63,695 bases of DNA, taken from positions 2,893 through 66,587 of the forward strand of contig JBBTTB010000004.1 of assembly GCA_038064455.1 (NCBI GenBank). Reading direction: 5' to 3'. Below, piece by piece: positions 47,909 to 57,016 of this stretch. Source of the stretch: Patescibacteria group bacterium (lineage in GTDB: Bacteria > Patescibacteriota > Minisyncoccia > 2-02-FULL-40-12 > GWA2-44-9). Numbering within the stretch: position 1 is the first letter of the stretch; every line of letters starts with the position of its first letter. The notes beneath the pieces are model-generated. The model did not search any database. It saw only the letters and a list, made by a program, of their open reading frames with translations, and was not told the origin of the DNA. The position numbers and the translations under genes are program-made.

Positions 47909-49203
47909 CGACCTTTTCCGAAGAGAACGAGTGCGATGGTTCGCAAGAGAATGCCTACATCGAGAACGAGAGAGCGATGCTTAATGTAGTACAGGTCGTA
48001 TTGTAACTTCTCTGCGGCATCACGCACCGAGGCGCCGTAATCATACAGAATCTGCGCGAGCCCCGTGAGGCCTGGGGTAACAAGGTAGCGCTCATTATAA
48101 AACGGAATAGCGTCCCCTAGCATCCCATGAAATTCTGGGCGTTCAGCGCGAGGCCCGACAAATGAGAGTTCTCCCGTGAGTACATTCCATAACTGTGGCA
48201 ATTCATCGATACGAGTTTTGCGCATAAAGCGTCCGAAGCGGGTAGCGCGAGGATCCCCTTTTTGCGCCCACACGGCGCCAGTGTCAGCTTCTGCGTTTGC
48301 AATCATTGAACGGAATTTAAGTAGTGTGAATGGTTTTAGCCCTCGCCCAACGCGCACTTGGCGGTATAAAAGCGGTCCCGGAGAAGAAAGCTGGATCACT
48401 GCCGCGATAAGTGGAAGGGCGAATAGTGTTGGAATGCCAAGAGCTACCGCGAAAGCGATATCGATCGTGCGTTTCGCAATGGCGTAGCCGCGCTGTGAGG
48501 TGGTGGGAATATTACTCGTGACCCACTCGTTATCTACGGCGCCGAGCACCACTTTACCGAGAGTTGCTTCAGCAAAGTCAGAGAGCCGCATAAAGCGTAC
48601 GTTGCTTCCCATGCATGCATAGAAGATGTCGCGCACACGATGCGTGGTGTGTGCTTGTGGGCCCACGACAATTATGTCATAGGCGCCTTCAGTGATAGCG
48701 GGGAGTACGTCTACACCGTCGGGCATTCGTACGGGCGTATATCCAAGGTATGGGTTAGCAATGAGTGCGGCCATAACTTCTCCAGAAGCTGTATCGGTAC
48801 CGATAAAGAGCGTACGGAGTGCAATGCGGGCAGATGCGCGAATCACCAGCATGCGCATCGTAATCAGTAAGCAGGTCGCGATGGTGATGAAGAGAAATAG
48901 GTTTGTTTTCGGAGTGATATCGAAGAATGGAGAGAGATAAAAGAGTGCGATTGATGCCGCTGAAGCAAGCACGGCACCTTGGATAACGCCGCTGGCGATG
49001 CGCGCAGAGGTATTTTGCGCAGTGAGATCGTATAAGTTTGCAACGTAGAGGCCAATGATCCAGGCTGCTCCGATAAGCAAGAAAGGAACTCCGTGGAGTA
49101 AGAGCTGTGCCTCAAAAGTATCCGGATAGCGTGCCCAGATAGTGAGTACAAGCGCGCCGGAGAGGGCGAGAATATCTGCGCATAAGATAAGAAAACGGCG
49201 CAT
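47905..49203 (-). CDS. Initiating polyprenyl-phosphate glycosylphosphotransferase (WcaJ/WbaP-like, Bac_transf)
   Basis: KRTID, YRQVRVG, KFRSM, DPRATRFGRFMRKTRIDELPQLWNVLTGELSFVGPR, PGLTGLAQ, YDLYY. Confidence 0.93.
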   Translation of the reverse strand: MRRFLILCADILALSGALVLTIWARYPDTFEAQLLLHGVPFLLIGAAWIIGLYVANLYDLTAQNTSARIASGVIQGAVLASAASIALFYLSPFFDITPKTNLFLFITIATCLLITMRMLVIRASARIALRTLFIGTDTASGEVMAALIANPYLGYTPVRMPDGVDVLPAITEGAYDIIVVGPQAHTTHRVRDIFYACMGSNVRFMRLSDFAEATLGKVVLGAVDNEWVTSNIPTTSQRGYAIAKRTIDIAFAVALGIPTLFALPLIAAVIQLSSPGPLLYRQVRVGRGLKPFTLLKFRSMIANAEADTGAVWAQKGDPRATRFGRFMRKTRIDELPQLWNVLTGELSFVGPRAERPEFHGMLGDAIPFYNERYLVTPGLTGLAQILYDYGASVRDAAEKLQYDLYYIKHRSLVLDVGILLRTIALVLFGKGR

Positions 49204-49215
49204 AAGGATTAATTA

Positions 49216-49244
49216 ATAATACAGTTTTTAGCGCATTTTGTCAA
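49216..49244 (-). promoter_or_regulatory. Sigma70 promoter for the sugar transferase gene
   Basis: Minus strand TTGACA-17-TATTAT, 12 nt before ATG 49203. Confidence 0.7.
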
Positions 49245-49265
49245 TTTATAGCGTGTGGCATGCTG

Positions 49266-49274
49266 TGCTATACT
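49266..49274 (+). promoter_or_regulatory. Extended -10 element for the peptidase gene
   Basis: TG-C-TATACT, 9 nt before ATG 49284. Confidence 0.55.
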
Positions 49275-49283
49275 GCAAAGAAC

Positions 49284-51011
49284 ATGTCACCACGCTTGTT
49301 TGCTCGCTTTTTTGCAGTTTTCGTTGTGGGCGCGACTTTCTGGGCACCACACGCATCCGCAGACATTCTCGGCCAACGCGAGGCATTTTTTGTAAATGCT
49401 GGCTTCGATGTTACGCATCGCCAAGGCCTTGATGCTACGTTACATCGCGTCAGTGAGCGCGCGTACTGGTATCTTGAAGACGCGGCATGGAATGAGCTCT
49501 CATCCGTAGATCGAACACGCGTTTCTGAAGCGCTTCTCGCCCTCGCGACCGAATTTGATACTCGCATATACCCCATTACGACGGCAACGTGGGGGTCTGA
49601 AGCTCGCCCAGGCGTCGATGGCGATCCGCGCGTTACCATTCTCTTGCATCGATTAAACCAAGGCGCTGGGGGATACTTTGATACCATCCACAGCTATAGT
49701 GTACAGCAAGCTCAAGGTACTAATGCGCGAGAGATGGTGGTGGTGAATTTCGACGCGCTGCTTTCCCGCCAGTCGCATATTTTTCTCGCACATGAATTCC
49801 AGCACCTCATTTCTCTGAATCAAAAAGAATTTACTTCTGGCATTTCAGAGGATGTGTGGCTGAATGAGTTGCGCGCAGAATATACGGTGTCGCTTATGGG
49901 CTACAACACGCCATTTGAGGGATCGAGTTTAGAAAGTCGAGTGGACACATTGAAGCGATTTCCCACGGATAGTGCGCTTGTGTGGGTCGGTGCTCGCGCA
50001 GACTATGGGCAGGTCGCGCTTTTTGCTGAATATCTTGTGGGGCGATATGGAGAAGGCATCTTACGCGATACCTTACATTCAAACTCTTCAGGCACCGCAT
50101 CTCTTGATGCATGGCTAGTAAGTCGCGGATATCGTGAACGATTTACTGATGTTATTACTGACTGGTGGATCGCAAACATGGTAAATAATGCTGTTGCGGA
50201 CCCTCGATTTGGATATACGCGTCTGGAACTTGCCAATATACGCGTACAGCCATCATTTGTGGCACTTGCGCGTCAAGATACTGAACACGTTGCTGTTGCC
50301 GAGATTGAAAGTTGGGAGCCGGTCACCCACGATTTTCGAGTAGCTGATGTGCTGGCCTCTGGAGAGTCTGCTGTGCGTATTACTATGAATGGCGATCCTC
50401 GTGGCGTTTGGAAAGTGCGCGTGGTGACGGAAAGCAGTGACGGTGTGCTTCGTGCTTATGACGTGCCTATAGGAAACGCAACGGCAACATTTGTGGTGGA
50501 ACCAGGCCACGACATCGAGCGCATCTTGTTGGCCGGCGCGCATATTGGACAGCAGGGGAACTGGGAGCAGTCTCTGGTGTTGCAATGGGAGGCACGTATG
50601 CGAACTATACCTATTTCTGAAATTGGGTCGAGCGAGCTCGTTATTCCGGGAACGCCGACAGATTTAGAAGGTGCCCTCGTGAAGCGCAACAACGCGGAAA
50701 CAGAGATGTATGTTATCACGCGCGGATATAAGCGTTATCTGCGCCCAGAGATTATCGCACTCTATGGACACCTTGATCCATCAAAGGTTATTCCGCTCGA
50801 TGGTGCGGCGTTTGATGGCTATCAGACGGCAAGCTATATTCGCGTCGATGGAGACCAGAAGGTGTATGCCGTATGGCCCGATGGCACGAAGCACTGGTTG
50901 CGCATGTCTGGGGCCCAATTTGGAGCTTCTGGACGTGATTGGAACGCGATCTTTACCGTTTCTACAGCTGAAGCGGCGGCATACAAAACGGGAGCAGATA
51001 TTACGCAATAG
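49284..51011 (+). CDS. Secreted zinc metallopeptidase (M30-like) with a C-terminal domain shared with the S-layer protein
   Basis: Signal peptide (...PHASA); VDGDPRV, GGYF, AHEFQH, WLNE...AEY; C-terminal GYKR...LYGHL...GDQKVY domain. Confidence 0.75.
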   Translation: MSPRLFARFFAVFVVGATFWAPHASADILGQREAFFVNAGFDVTHRQGLDATLHRVSERAYWYLEDAAWNELSSVDRTRVSEALLALATEFDTRIYPITTATWGSEARPGVDGDPRVTILLHRLNQGAGGYFDTIHSYSVQQAQGTNAREMVVVNFDALLSRQSHIFLAHEFQHLISLNQKEFTSGISEDVWLNELRAEYTVSLMGYNTPFEGSSLESRVDTLKRFPTDSALVWVGARADYGQVALFAEYLVGRYGEGILRDTLHSNSSGTASLDAWLVSRGYRERFTDVITDWWIANMVNNAVADPRFGYTRLELANIRVQPSFVALARQDTEHVAVAEIESWEPVTHDFRVADVLASGESAVRITMNGDPRGVWKVRVVTESSDGVLRAYDVPIGNATATFVVEPGHDIERILLAGAHIGQQGNWEQSLVLQWEARMRTIPISEIGSSELVIPGTPTDLEGALVKRNNAETEMYVITRGYKRYLRPEIIALYGHLDPSKVIPLDGAAFDGYQTASYIRVDGDQKVYAVWPDGTKHWLRMSGAQFGASGRDWNAIFTVSTAEAAAYKTGADITQ

Positions 51012-51030
51012 GGCACTCTTTTGTGAAGCA

Positions 51031-51058
51031 TTGCCCGTGTCCGCGGGTGTGCTACCAT
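51031..51058 (+). promoter_or_regulatory. Putative promoter for leaderless hpf
   Basis: TTGCCC-16-TACCAT with extended TG, 6 nt before ATG 51065. Confidence 0.55.
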
Positions 51059-51064
51059 ACACGT

Positions 51065-51388
51065 ATGAAACTCGATATTACCTGTAAAATGATCGAGCTC
51101 ACAAGCTCGCTTCGCGCGTTTGTGGAAGAAAAGATCGGCACGTTAGATCGAGGAGTCCCTGAATTGAAAGAGGGGTACGCGATGGTAGAAATTGGCAAGC
51201 CATCTCGGCATCACAAGAGTGGTGAGGTCTTTTACGCCGAAGCGATGTTGAAGATGGGGCGCACAACACTTCGCGCCGAAAGTACACATCATGATTTGCG
51301 TTCTGCAATCATTGATGTTCGTGAGGCGCTGAAGACGCAGCTTACCAAGCGTAAAGAAAAGTCTCTCGCTCGCAGGGCAAAGAAGTAG
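51065..51388 (+). CDS. hpf: Ribosome hibernation factor HPF/RaiA (short form)
   Basis: IELTSSLRAFVEEKI, FYAE, LRAES, DLRSAID-like segment, QLTKRKEK. Confidence 0.88.
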   Translation: MKLDITCKMIELTSSLRAFVEEKIGTLDRGVPELKEGYAMVEIGKPSRHHKSGEVFYAEAMLKMGRTTLRAESTHHDLRSAIIDVREALKTQLTKRKEKSLARRAKK

Positions 51389-51402
51389 CGATCTCATCTG
51401 AC

Positions 51403-54042
51403 ATGTCTTTATTCTCACGCATATTTGGCGACGCCAATGAGCGCGCGATTCGCGCGCTTTCTCCGCTTGTTGCACAAGTGAACGCTCTTGAAGAAGAGGT
51501 GCAGGCACTTTCTGATGCTGATCTTCGCGCAAAGACAAGTGAATTTCGTGCGCGACTTGCGAATGGCGCAACGCTCGATGACTTGATGCCAGAAGTATTT
51601 GCGGCGATTCGTGAAGCATCACGTCGCACACTAAACAAGCGCCACTTTGATGTGCAAATAATAGGAGGTGCAGTGTTGCACCGCGGCGCGATTACTGAAA
51701 TGCGTACGGGTGAAGGAAAGACGCTTGCCGCCACGCTCCCAACCTATCTCAATGCACTCGATGGAAAAGGTGCACACGTGGTCACGGTAAACGATTATCT
51801 CTCTCGTCGTGACGCAGTGTGGATGGGTCAGGTATATGATGCACTCGGCATGACCGTTGGGTGTATTAACCACGATGCAAGCTACCAATACGATGCGACG
51901 CACCAGAACGCGAAGTCAGAGTCTGGTGATGCGGCAGATACTGCACGCGATGTGACCGGCGGATTTCGTGTGGTGCATGAATTCCTGCGCCCCGTAGAAC
52001 GCAAGGAAGCATACGCGGCAGATATTACCTACGGCACGAATAACGAATATGGATTCGATTATCTTCGTGACAACATGGCGTATCGCGCCGAAGACATGGT
52101 CCAGCGTGGGCACCACTTCGCGCTTGTAGATGAAGTAGACTCTATCCTTATTGATGAAGCGCGTACGCCATTGATTATTTCTGCGCCAGATCAGGAAAGC
52201 ACGCAACTGTACGAAACATTTTCACGCATTGTGCCAGAGTTACAGCAGGAATCCGATTTTACGATTGATGAAAAGCTCAAGGCGGTGAGTATCACCGAAA
52301 CGGGCATTGAAAAAGTAGAGAAGCGGTTAGGGATTGGAAACATTTATGATGAAGGTGGCGTGCGGTACGTGCACCACCTTGAAGAGGCACTACGGGCGCA
52401 CGTCTTTTTCAAGCGTGATCGCGACTACGTTATCCGCGAAGGAGAAATTGTGATCGTTGATGAATTTACTGGCCGTCTCATGCCGGGTCGCCGCTGGTCG
52501 GGTGGGTTGCATCAAGCGGTAGAAGCAAAAGAAGGTGTGCGCATTCAACGTGAGCAACGCACGCTTGCAACGGTTACATTCCAAAACTACTTCCGGCTTT
52601 ATAAGAAGCTTTCAGGCATGACGGGTACCGCGCGCACCTCTGGTGAAGAGTTTCACAAGGTCTACAACATCGATGTCATCTCGGTGCCGACGCACCGGCC
52701 GATGATTCGCGCGGATCAGCCAGATCGTGTCTATAAAACAGAAGCAGGGAAATTCCGCGCAGTGGTTCGTGAAGTGCGCGAGCGCATTGCGCAGGGCCAG
52801 CCGATACTCATTGGTACATCTTCCATCCAGAAAAACGAGCTCATGGACCAGCTTCTCACGCAGGAGGGTATCCCTCACAACACCCTGAACGCGAAGAACC
52901 ATGAAAAAGAAGCCGAAATTATTGCACAAGCAGGAAAAAGCGGCGCAGTAACGGTGGCAACCAACCTTGCCGGCCGTGGGGTCGACATTCTCCTCGGTGG
53001 CAATCCGCCAACGCCAGAAGATGCAGAAAAAGTCCGCGCGGCGGGTGGCTTGCATGTGATTGGCACAGAACGCCACGACTCTCGTCGCGTTGATGATCAG
53101 CTGCGTGGGCGCGCAGGTCGCCAAGGTGATCCGGGCTCTTCTCAATTCTTCGTATCGCTCGACGATGAACTCGTACGCATTTTTGCTGGAGATCGCATTA
53201 AGGGCCTTTTAGAGCGCCTTGGGCTGGGAGAAGATGACGTGATTGAGCACTCTATGCTTACCTCTGCAATCGCGCAGGCGCAAACGCGCGTGGAGGGCCA
53301 CCATTTTGATAACCGCAAATACGTCTTGGAATACGACGACGTCATGAACAAGCATCGCGAAGCAATCTACGGTCTTCGCCGCAGGGCCCTCATGGGTGAG
53401 GATCTCAAAACCTACGTGCGCGATGCGATCCAAGAGGCAATTGAAACCATAGTGCGCACGCACATGAGCGTCGAAACGGGTGCGTGGGATACAAAACAGA
53501 TCGCCGAGTCATTTGCTGCGCTTGTCCCCGGAGCCTCTGTACAGAAAACGCTGGAAGAAAAGAGCGAGTCAGGATCTCCCGAAGATATCATCACCTTCCT
53601 TTCCGAAGAAGCGGCCAGTGCTTATGCTATAAAAGAAGAAAAAGTAGGCGTCGATTCCATGCGCCAAGTAGAGCGCATGGTGCTGCTACGCACTATTGAT
53701 ACGCTCTGGATGGATCACCTTGAGCTCATGGAGCACTTGCGTGACTCCGTGCGCCTGCGCGCCTACGGCCAACGTGAGCCACTCGTAGAGTATAAACTTG
53801 AAGCACAGCGCATGTTCAACGAACTCCTTGCAGGAGTCCGTGGCCAGCTTGCGCACGTGATCTACAAGGTAGAAGTAACACAACAGCCTCGCCCAACTCC
53901 TATGCAAGAAACAATGACCCTGCAAAAAGGACAGGAGGCGGTTGCTTCGCCGTCGGCGCAACCAGCACATGGGAATATTGGCCGCAATGACCCATGCCCG
54001 TGCGGCTCCGGCAAGAAATATAAGAAGTGTCACGGGGCGTAA
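51403..54042 (+). CDS. secA: Preprotein translocase ATPase SecA
   Basis: EMRTGEGKT, VVTVNDYL, VDEVDSILIDEARTPLIIS, TNLAGRG, QLRGRAGRQGDPG; SEC-C motif GRNDPCPCGSGKKYKKCHG. Confidence 0.99.
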   Translation: MSLFSRIFGDANERAIRALSPLVAQVNALEEEVQALSDADLRAKTSEFRARLANGATLDDLMPEVFAAIREASRRTLNKRHFDVQIIGGAVLHRGAITEMRTGEGKTLAATLPTYLNALDGKGAHVVTVNDYLSRRDAVWMGQVYDALGMTVGCINHDASYQYDATHQNAKSESGDAADTARDVTGGFRVVHEFLRPVERKEAYAADITYGTNNEYGFDYLRDNMAYRAEDMVQRGHHFALVDEVDSILIDEARTPLIISAPDQESTQLYETFSRIVPELQQESDFTIDEKLKAVSITETGIEKVEKRLGIGNIYDEGGVRYVHHLEEALRAHVFFKRDRDYVIREGEIVIVDEFTGRLMPGRRWSGGLHQAVEAKEGVRIQREQRTLATVTFQNYFRLYKKLSGMTGTARTSGEEFHKVYNIDVISVPTHRPMIRADQPDRVYKTEAGKFRAVVREVRERIAQGQPILIGTSSIQKNELMDQLLTQEGIPHNTLNAKNHEKEAEIIAQAGKSGAVTVATNLAGRGVDILLGGNPPTPEDAEKVRAAGGLHVIGTERHDSRRVDDQLRGRAGRQGDPGSSQFFVSLDDELVRIFAGDRIKGLLERLGLGEDDVIEHSMLTSAIAQAQTRVEGHHFDNRKYVLEYDDVMNKHREAIYGLRRRALMGEDLKTYVRDAIQEAIETIVRTHMSVETGAWDTKQIAESFAALVPGASVQKTLEEKSESGSPEDIITFLSEEAASAYAIKEEKVGVDSMRQVERMVLLRTIDTLWMDHLELMEHLRDSVRLRAYGQREPLVEYKLEAQRMFNELLAGVRGQLAHVIYKVEVTQQPRPTPMQETMTLQKGQEAVASPSAQPAHGNIGRNDPCPCGSGKKYKKCHGA

Positions 54043-54050
54043 AAGAATGA

Positions 54051-54072
54051 GGCCCCCTATTGCGAGGGGGCC
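54051..54072. terminator. GC-rich hairpin between converging secA and a small ORF
   Basis: GGCCCCCT-ATTGCG-AGGGGGCC; contains the TAG of the minus-strand ORF; no long U-tract. Confidence 0.55.
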
Positions 54073-54215
54073 ACGCGATCCAGAAATCTCCACCCTACGA
54101 AGAGGATGACCAGCCCAGTAATGAGGGTTGGCCATTGTGGCGTGATTTGGTGGGTTGCTAGGTATATGGTGATCGCCCCAACCACGGGCGTGAACATTCG
54201 TTTAAAGATCTTCAT
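54057..54215 (-). CDS. 52-aa small membrane protein (two hydrophobic segments), unknown family
   Basis: MKIFKRMFTPVVGAITIYLATHQITPQWPTLITGLVILFVGWRFLDRVAPSQ; GGAGG/AGAGG RBS upstream of ATG 54215. Confidence 0.55.
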   Translation of the reverse strand: MKIFKRMFTPVVGAITIYLATHQITPQWPTLITGLVILFVGWRFLDRVAPSQ

Positions 54216-54302
54216 TCCTCTCTTGCCTCCTAATACCACGGTGATATCATAAGGCAACATCACTGTAAAGGATCTCCAGATTTTGATCTCTTGTGGGCAT
54301 GC

Positions 54303-54336
54303 AAAAAAACAGTGCGGGCTTGTCAATACCCCGCAC
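54303..54336 (-). terminator. Possible minus-strand intrinsic terminator
   Basis: GTGCGGG/CCCGCAC stem, followed on the minus strand by TGTTTTTTT. Confidence 0.4.
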
Positions 54337-54438
54337 CCAAAAATGTAGGCTATGAAGACGCTAAAATTCAGACACTTTCTTGTTACGGGCACTTTTCTTT
54401 TTGTTTTGCACAGGGTGCACTCGCATAGAAGGTAGGAA

Positions 54439-54447
54439 TGGTATACT
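54439..54447 (+). promoter_or_regulatory. Extended -10 element for the DUF378-like gene
   Basis: TG-G-TATACT. Confidence 0.5.
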
Positions 54448-54508
54448 AGTGACAAGTAGTTGCCGGGCGGATCTCCGCAGACGGCGATAAAAAGAAAGGG
54501 GGTGTCGC

Positions 54509-54682
54509 ATGTATAAACTCACCTTCTGGTTGTTGATCATTGGAGGCTTGAACTGGCTCTTGCTGGGCTTGTTCAACTGGGAAATCGGATATTTCCTCGT
54601 AGATATCGCTTCGTGGCTTCCAAGAGTCATCTATGTTGCTGTCGGTCTCTCGGCAATATACCAGTTGCTTCGTCGTTCATAA
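54509..54682 (+). CDS. DUF378-family small membrane protein, 57 aa (below the ORF-track cutoff)
   Basis: Hand translation MYKLTFWLLIIGGLNWLLLGLFNWEIGYFLVDIASWLPRVIYVAVGLSAIYQLLRRS; IIGGLNW and IY-x-x-VGLSA motifs; AAAGGGGGTG RBS. Confidence 0.85.
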   Translation: MYKLTFWLLIIGGLNWLLLGLFNWEIGYFLVDIASWLPRVIYVAVGLSAIYQLLRRS

Positions 54683-54692
54683 GGCGACACCA

Positions 54693-54726
54693 ACAAAAAC
54701 GCCTCTCATACGTGGGGCGTTTTTGT
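54693..54726. terminator. Bidirectional intrinsic terminator
   Basis: ACAAAAACGCCTC-TCATACGT-GGGGCGTTTTTGT, followed by TTTG. Confidence 0.8.
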
Positions 54727-54766
54727 TTTGCGTGGACTGTGGATGGTGATGCTGGTACGATTGGGC

Positions 54767-55510
54767 ATGGCATTTATACGTCCCATGCGTATCTCTCGGA
54801 GCGGCCTGAAGCTCTTTTTAGATTGCCCGCGATGTTTTTGGCTCGACACGCACCACAAGATAAAGCGCCCACCAAGCTACCCGTATACCCTTGCGTCGGC
54901 GGTAGATTATCTCGTGAAGCAAGAATTTGATACGTACCGTGTCCGTGGTGCACTCCCTGAAGTGCTTGTCCGCGCCGGTGTTGAAGCAAAACTGTACGAT
55001 GGTCCCGATCTGGAGACATGGCGAAATAACTTTAAGGGCATTGCGTATACCGATGAAGATCTGCAGGCAACGCTCTATGGAGCCGTAGATGATGTTCTCA
55101 GGTTTGCTGACGGCTCTCTTGCAGTAGTGGACTACAAATCAACGGGTGCGCGTGAAATTACTATCTACGCGGACTATCAAAAACAGATGGATACGTATAC
55201 CTACATTCTCCAGCGTATGGGATACGCTACCCAATCGCACGCATACTTTGTATTCTACATGGTGGATAAGACGGGCGGCGGATTTAAAGACGCACTTCCA
55301 TTCACGAGTGACGTGCGTCGTGTAGCTGTTGACCCTACGTGGGTGCCCAATGTGTTTGAGCGTGCGGTGGTCACGTCGCGCCAGAGTAGGGCACCGGCAC
55401 CTGCGCCGCAGTGCGTACACTGTCACTATGTCGCCAACGCCGCAGCGCATGGGGTGCCAGAGCTTGCCGCAACAGATCGTGACGCCGATTATGTGATTGT
55501 CCCAGAATAA
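54767..55510 (+). CDS. PD-(D/E)XK nuclease (Cas4/AddB-like fold with Cys ligands)
   Basis: ISRSGL...CPRCF, GAVDD, VVDYKSTG, YQKQMDTY, CVHC; TG-G-TACGAT 5 nt upstream supports ATG 54767. Confidence 0.85.
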   Translation: MAFIRPMRISRSGLKLFLDCPRCFWLDTHHKIKRPPSYPYTLASAVDYLVKQEFDTYRVRGALPEVLVRAGVEAKLYDGPDLETWRNNFKGIAYTDEDLQATLYGAVDDVLRFADGSLAVVDYKSTGAREITIYADYQKQMDTYTYILQRMGYATQSHAYFVFYMVDKTGGGFKDALPFTSDVRRVAVDPTWVPNVFERAVVTSRQSRAPAPAPQCVHCHYVANAAAHGVPELAATDRDADYVIVPE

Positions 55511-55512
55511 TT

Positions 55513-56955
55513 ATGAACAAACCACTTACCGCAGAACATTTTTATAAATTCTTCCAGTGCCCCCACTGGATCTGGTATGACATCTATGGAGACCAGTCGA
55601 AGAAAGGCGCTGTGCCAGCGCTCTTAGAATTGATCAATCGAGGAAAATCATCTGCAACCAGCTCTGCGCTTGGATCCCACAAGAAGTTTGAAGAGCTTAA
55701 GCCTGACGTTTACAAAGATTTGGAAGAGGCACACCGTGCCACGCTGGAGCTCATGAAGCAGGGGAAGAATATTTACCACGGGGTGCTTATGCATAATGAA
55801 TGGGTCGGTATGCCCGATTTACTCGAAGCGCGCCCGGGATCGTCTCGTTTTGGGCCGTGGCAGTATGTGGTATATGACGCCCAGCGCTCTTTAGAGCTTC
55901 GCGATGAGCATAAATTCCCGCTCGTGTTTTATAGCCTCATCTTGGAGACAATCCAGGGCGTGCGGCCAACAGAAGCATACATGATCGACCCTGCAGGCAA
56001 CGAGCGTTCGTTTGCGATTGCTGACTTCGTCGACCAGTTCCACCTGACGCGTGAAGAAATCGAGCGCGTGCTTGATGGAGAAAAGCCCGCACCGTTTTTA
56101 AAGTCAACGTGTAAGCGCACGCCGTGGTACTCACTGTGTCTTGAAGAGACTGAAGGGTGTAATGATGTGTCGCTGGTGTATCGTCTTTCTCAATCCGACC
56201 AACGTCGTTTGTATGACATTGGCATTCACACGGTGCGTGATCTCGCAGAAGCGAATCCGGAAGCGCTTCGCACACAGCTTGAGGATTGGCCATACGATAA
56301 AATTATTCGCTTCTCAAATCAGGCGCGGGCGCTCCATTCAGGCCAACCACTTGTGTTGCGCACGACATCATTCCCTGAAGTCGCTACCGAGCTCTACTTT
56401 GATATTGAGAGTGACCCCATCAGAGACACTGATTATCTCCTGGGCGTCTTACAGGTTGATGTTGCAACGGGAAAAGACACATATCATTCCTTCATGGCGA
56501 AGGATACATCTGGAGAAGAGGCCATGTGGCGTGCATTCCTTGATTTTCTGGCGCCGTTGGGAAGTTACGCGGTCTATCACTACGCAGGATATGAGCGGCA
56601 GGTGTTTGATCGCCTAGCGTTGAAATACAGCGCGCCCCATGCGATCGTAGACGCGTTTCGCGAGCGATCTATTGATGTACACCAGCGCGTATTGGATGCG
56701 GTGATTTTTCCGCTCTACTTCTACACGCTCAAAGATGTAGCAAAGTTCCTTGGATTTTCGTGGCGTGACCCGCGTGCAGGGGGTGCTGAATCTGTACTGT
56801 GGTTCGATAAATACATAAGTACGGGTGACCCATCAATCTTGGAGCAACTGTTGGCCTATAACGAAGATGATGTACGAGCTACGCGGCTCGTGAAGGAGTG
56901 GCTTGCGGCGCAAAAACCCCAGAAGGGGGAGCAGGAGATGCTCGACGCATCGTAG
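55513..56955 (+). CDS. TM0106-family RecB-like nuclease with a C-terminal RNase H-like domain
   Basis: FFQCPH, GMPDLLE; C-terminal YFDIES, YHYAGYE, YTLKDVAKFLGFSW, YNEDDVRAT. Confidence 0.85.
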   Translation: MNKPLTAEHFYKFFQCPHWIWYDIYGDQSKKGAVPALLELINRGKSSATSSALGSHKKFEELKPDVYKDLEEAHRATLELMKQGKNIYHGVLMHNEWVGMPDLLEARPGSSRFGPWQYVVYDAQRSLELRDEHKFPLVFYSLILETIQGVRPTEAYMIDPAGNERSFAIADFVDQFHLTREEIERVLDGEKPAPFLKSTCKRTPWYSLCLEETEGCNDVSLVYRLSQSDQRRLYDIGIHTVRDLAEANPEALRTQLEDWPYDKIIRFSNQARALHSGQPLVLRTTSFPEVATELYFDIESDPIRDTDYLLGVLQVDVATGKDTYHSFMAKDTSGEEAMWRAFLDFLAPLGSYAVYHYAGYERQVFDRLALKYSAPHAIVDAFRERSIDVHQRVLDAVIFPLYFYTLKDVAKFLGFSWRDPRAGGAESVLWFDKYISTGDPSILEQLLAYNEDDVRATRLVKEWLAAQKPQKGEQEMLDAS

Positions 56956-57016
56956 GTTATTGACTTTCAAGGCCAGTGTGGTTGAATGACGAGCGTTGCG
57001 CGGGAGCGCATTTTCT

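Noticed and set aside
51012-51064. raiA-motif RNA upstream of hpf
   Set aside because: Only 53 nt are intergenic, and they are occupied by a promoter pointing to a leaderless start.
54361-54930. ORFs 54361..54630 (-) and 54613..54930 (+) from the track
   Set aside because: They overlap the better-supported DUF378-like gene and its terminator, and have no motifs.
54767-55510. CRISPR adaptation Cas4
   Set aside because: No cas1/cas2 or array is in the window; treated as a generic PD-(D/E)XK nuclease.
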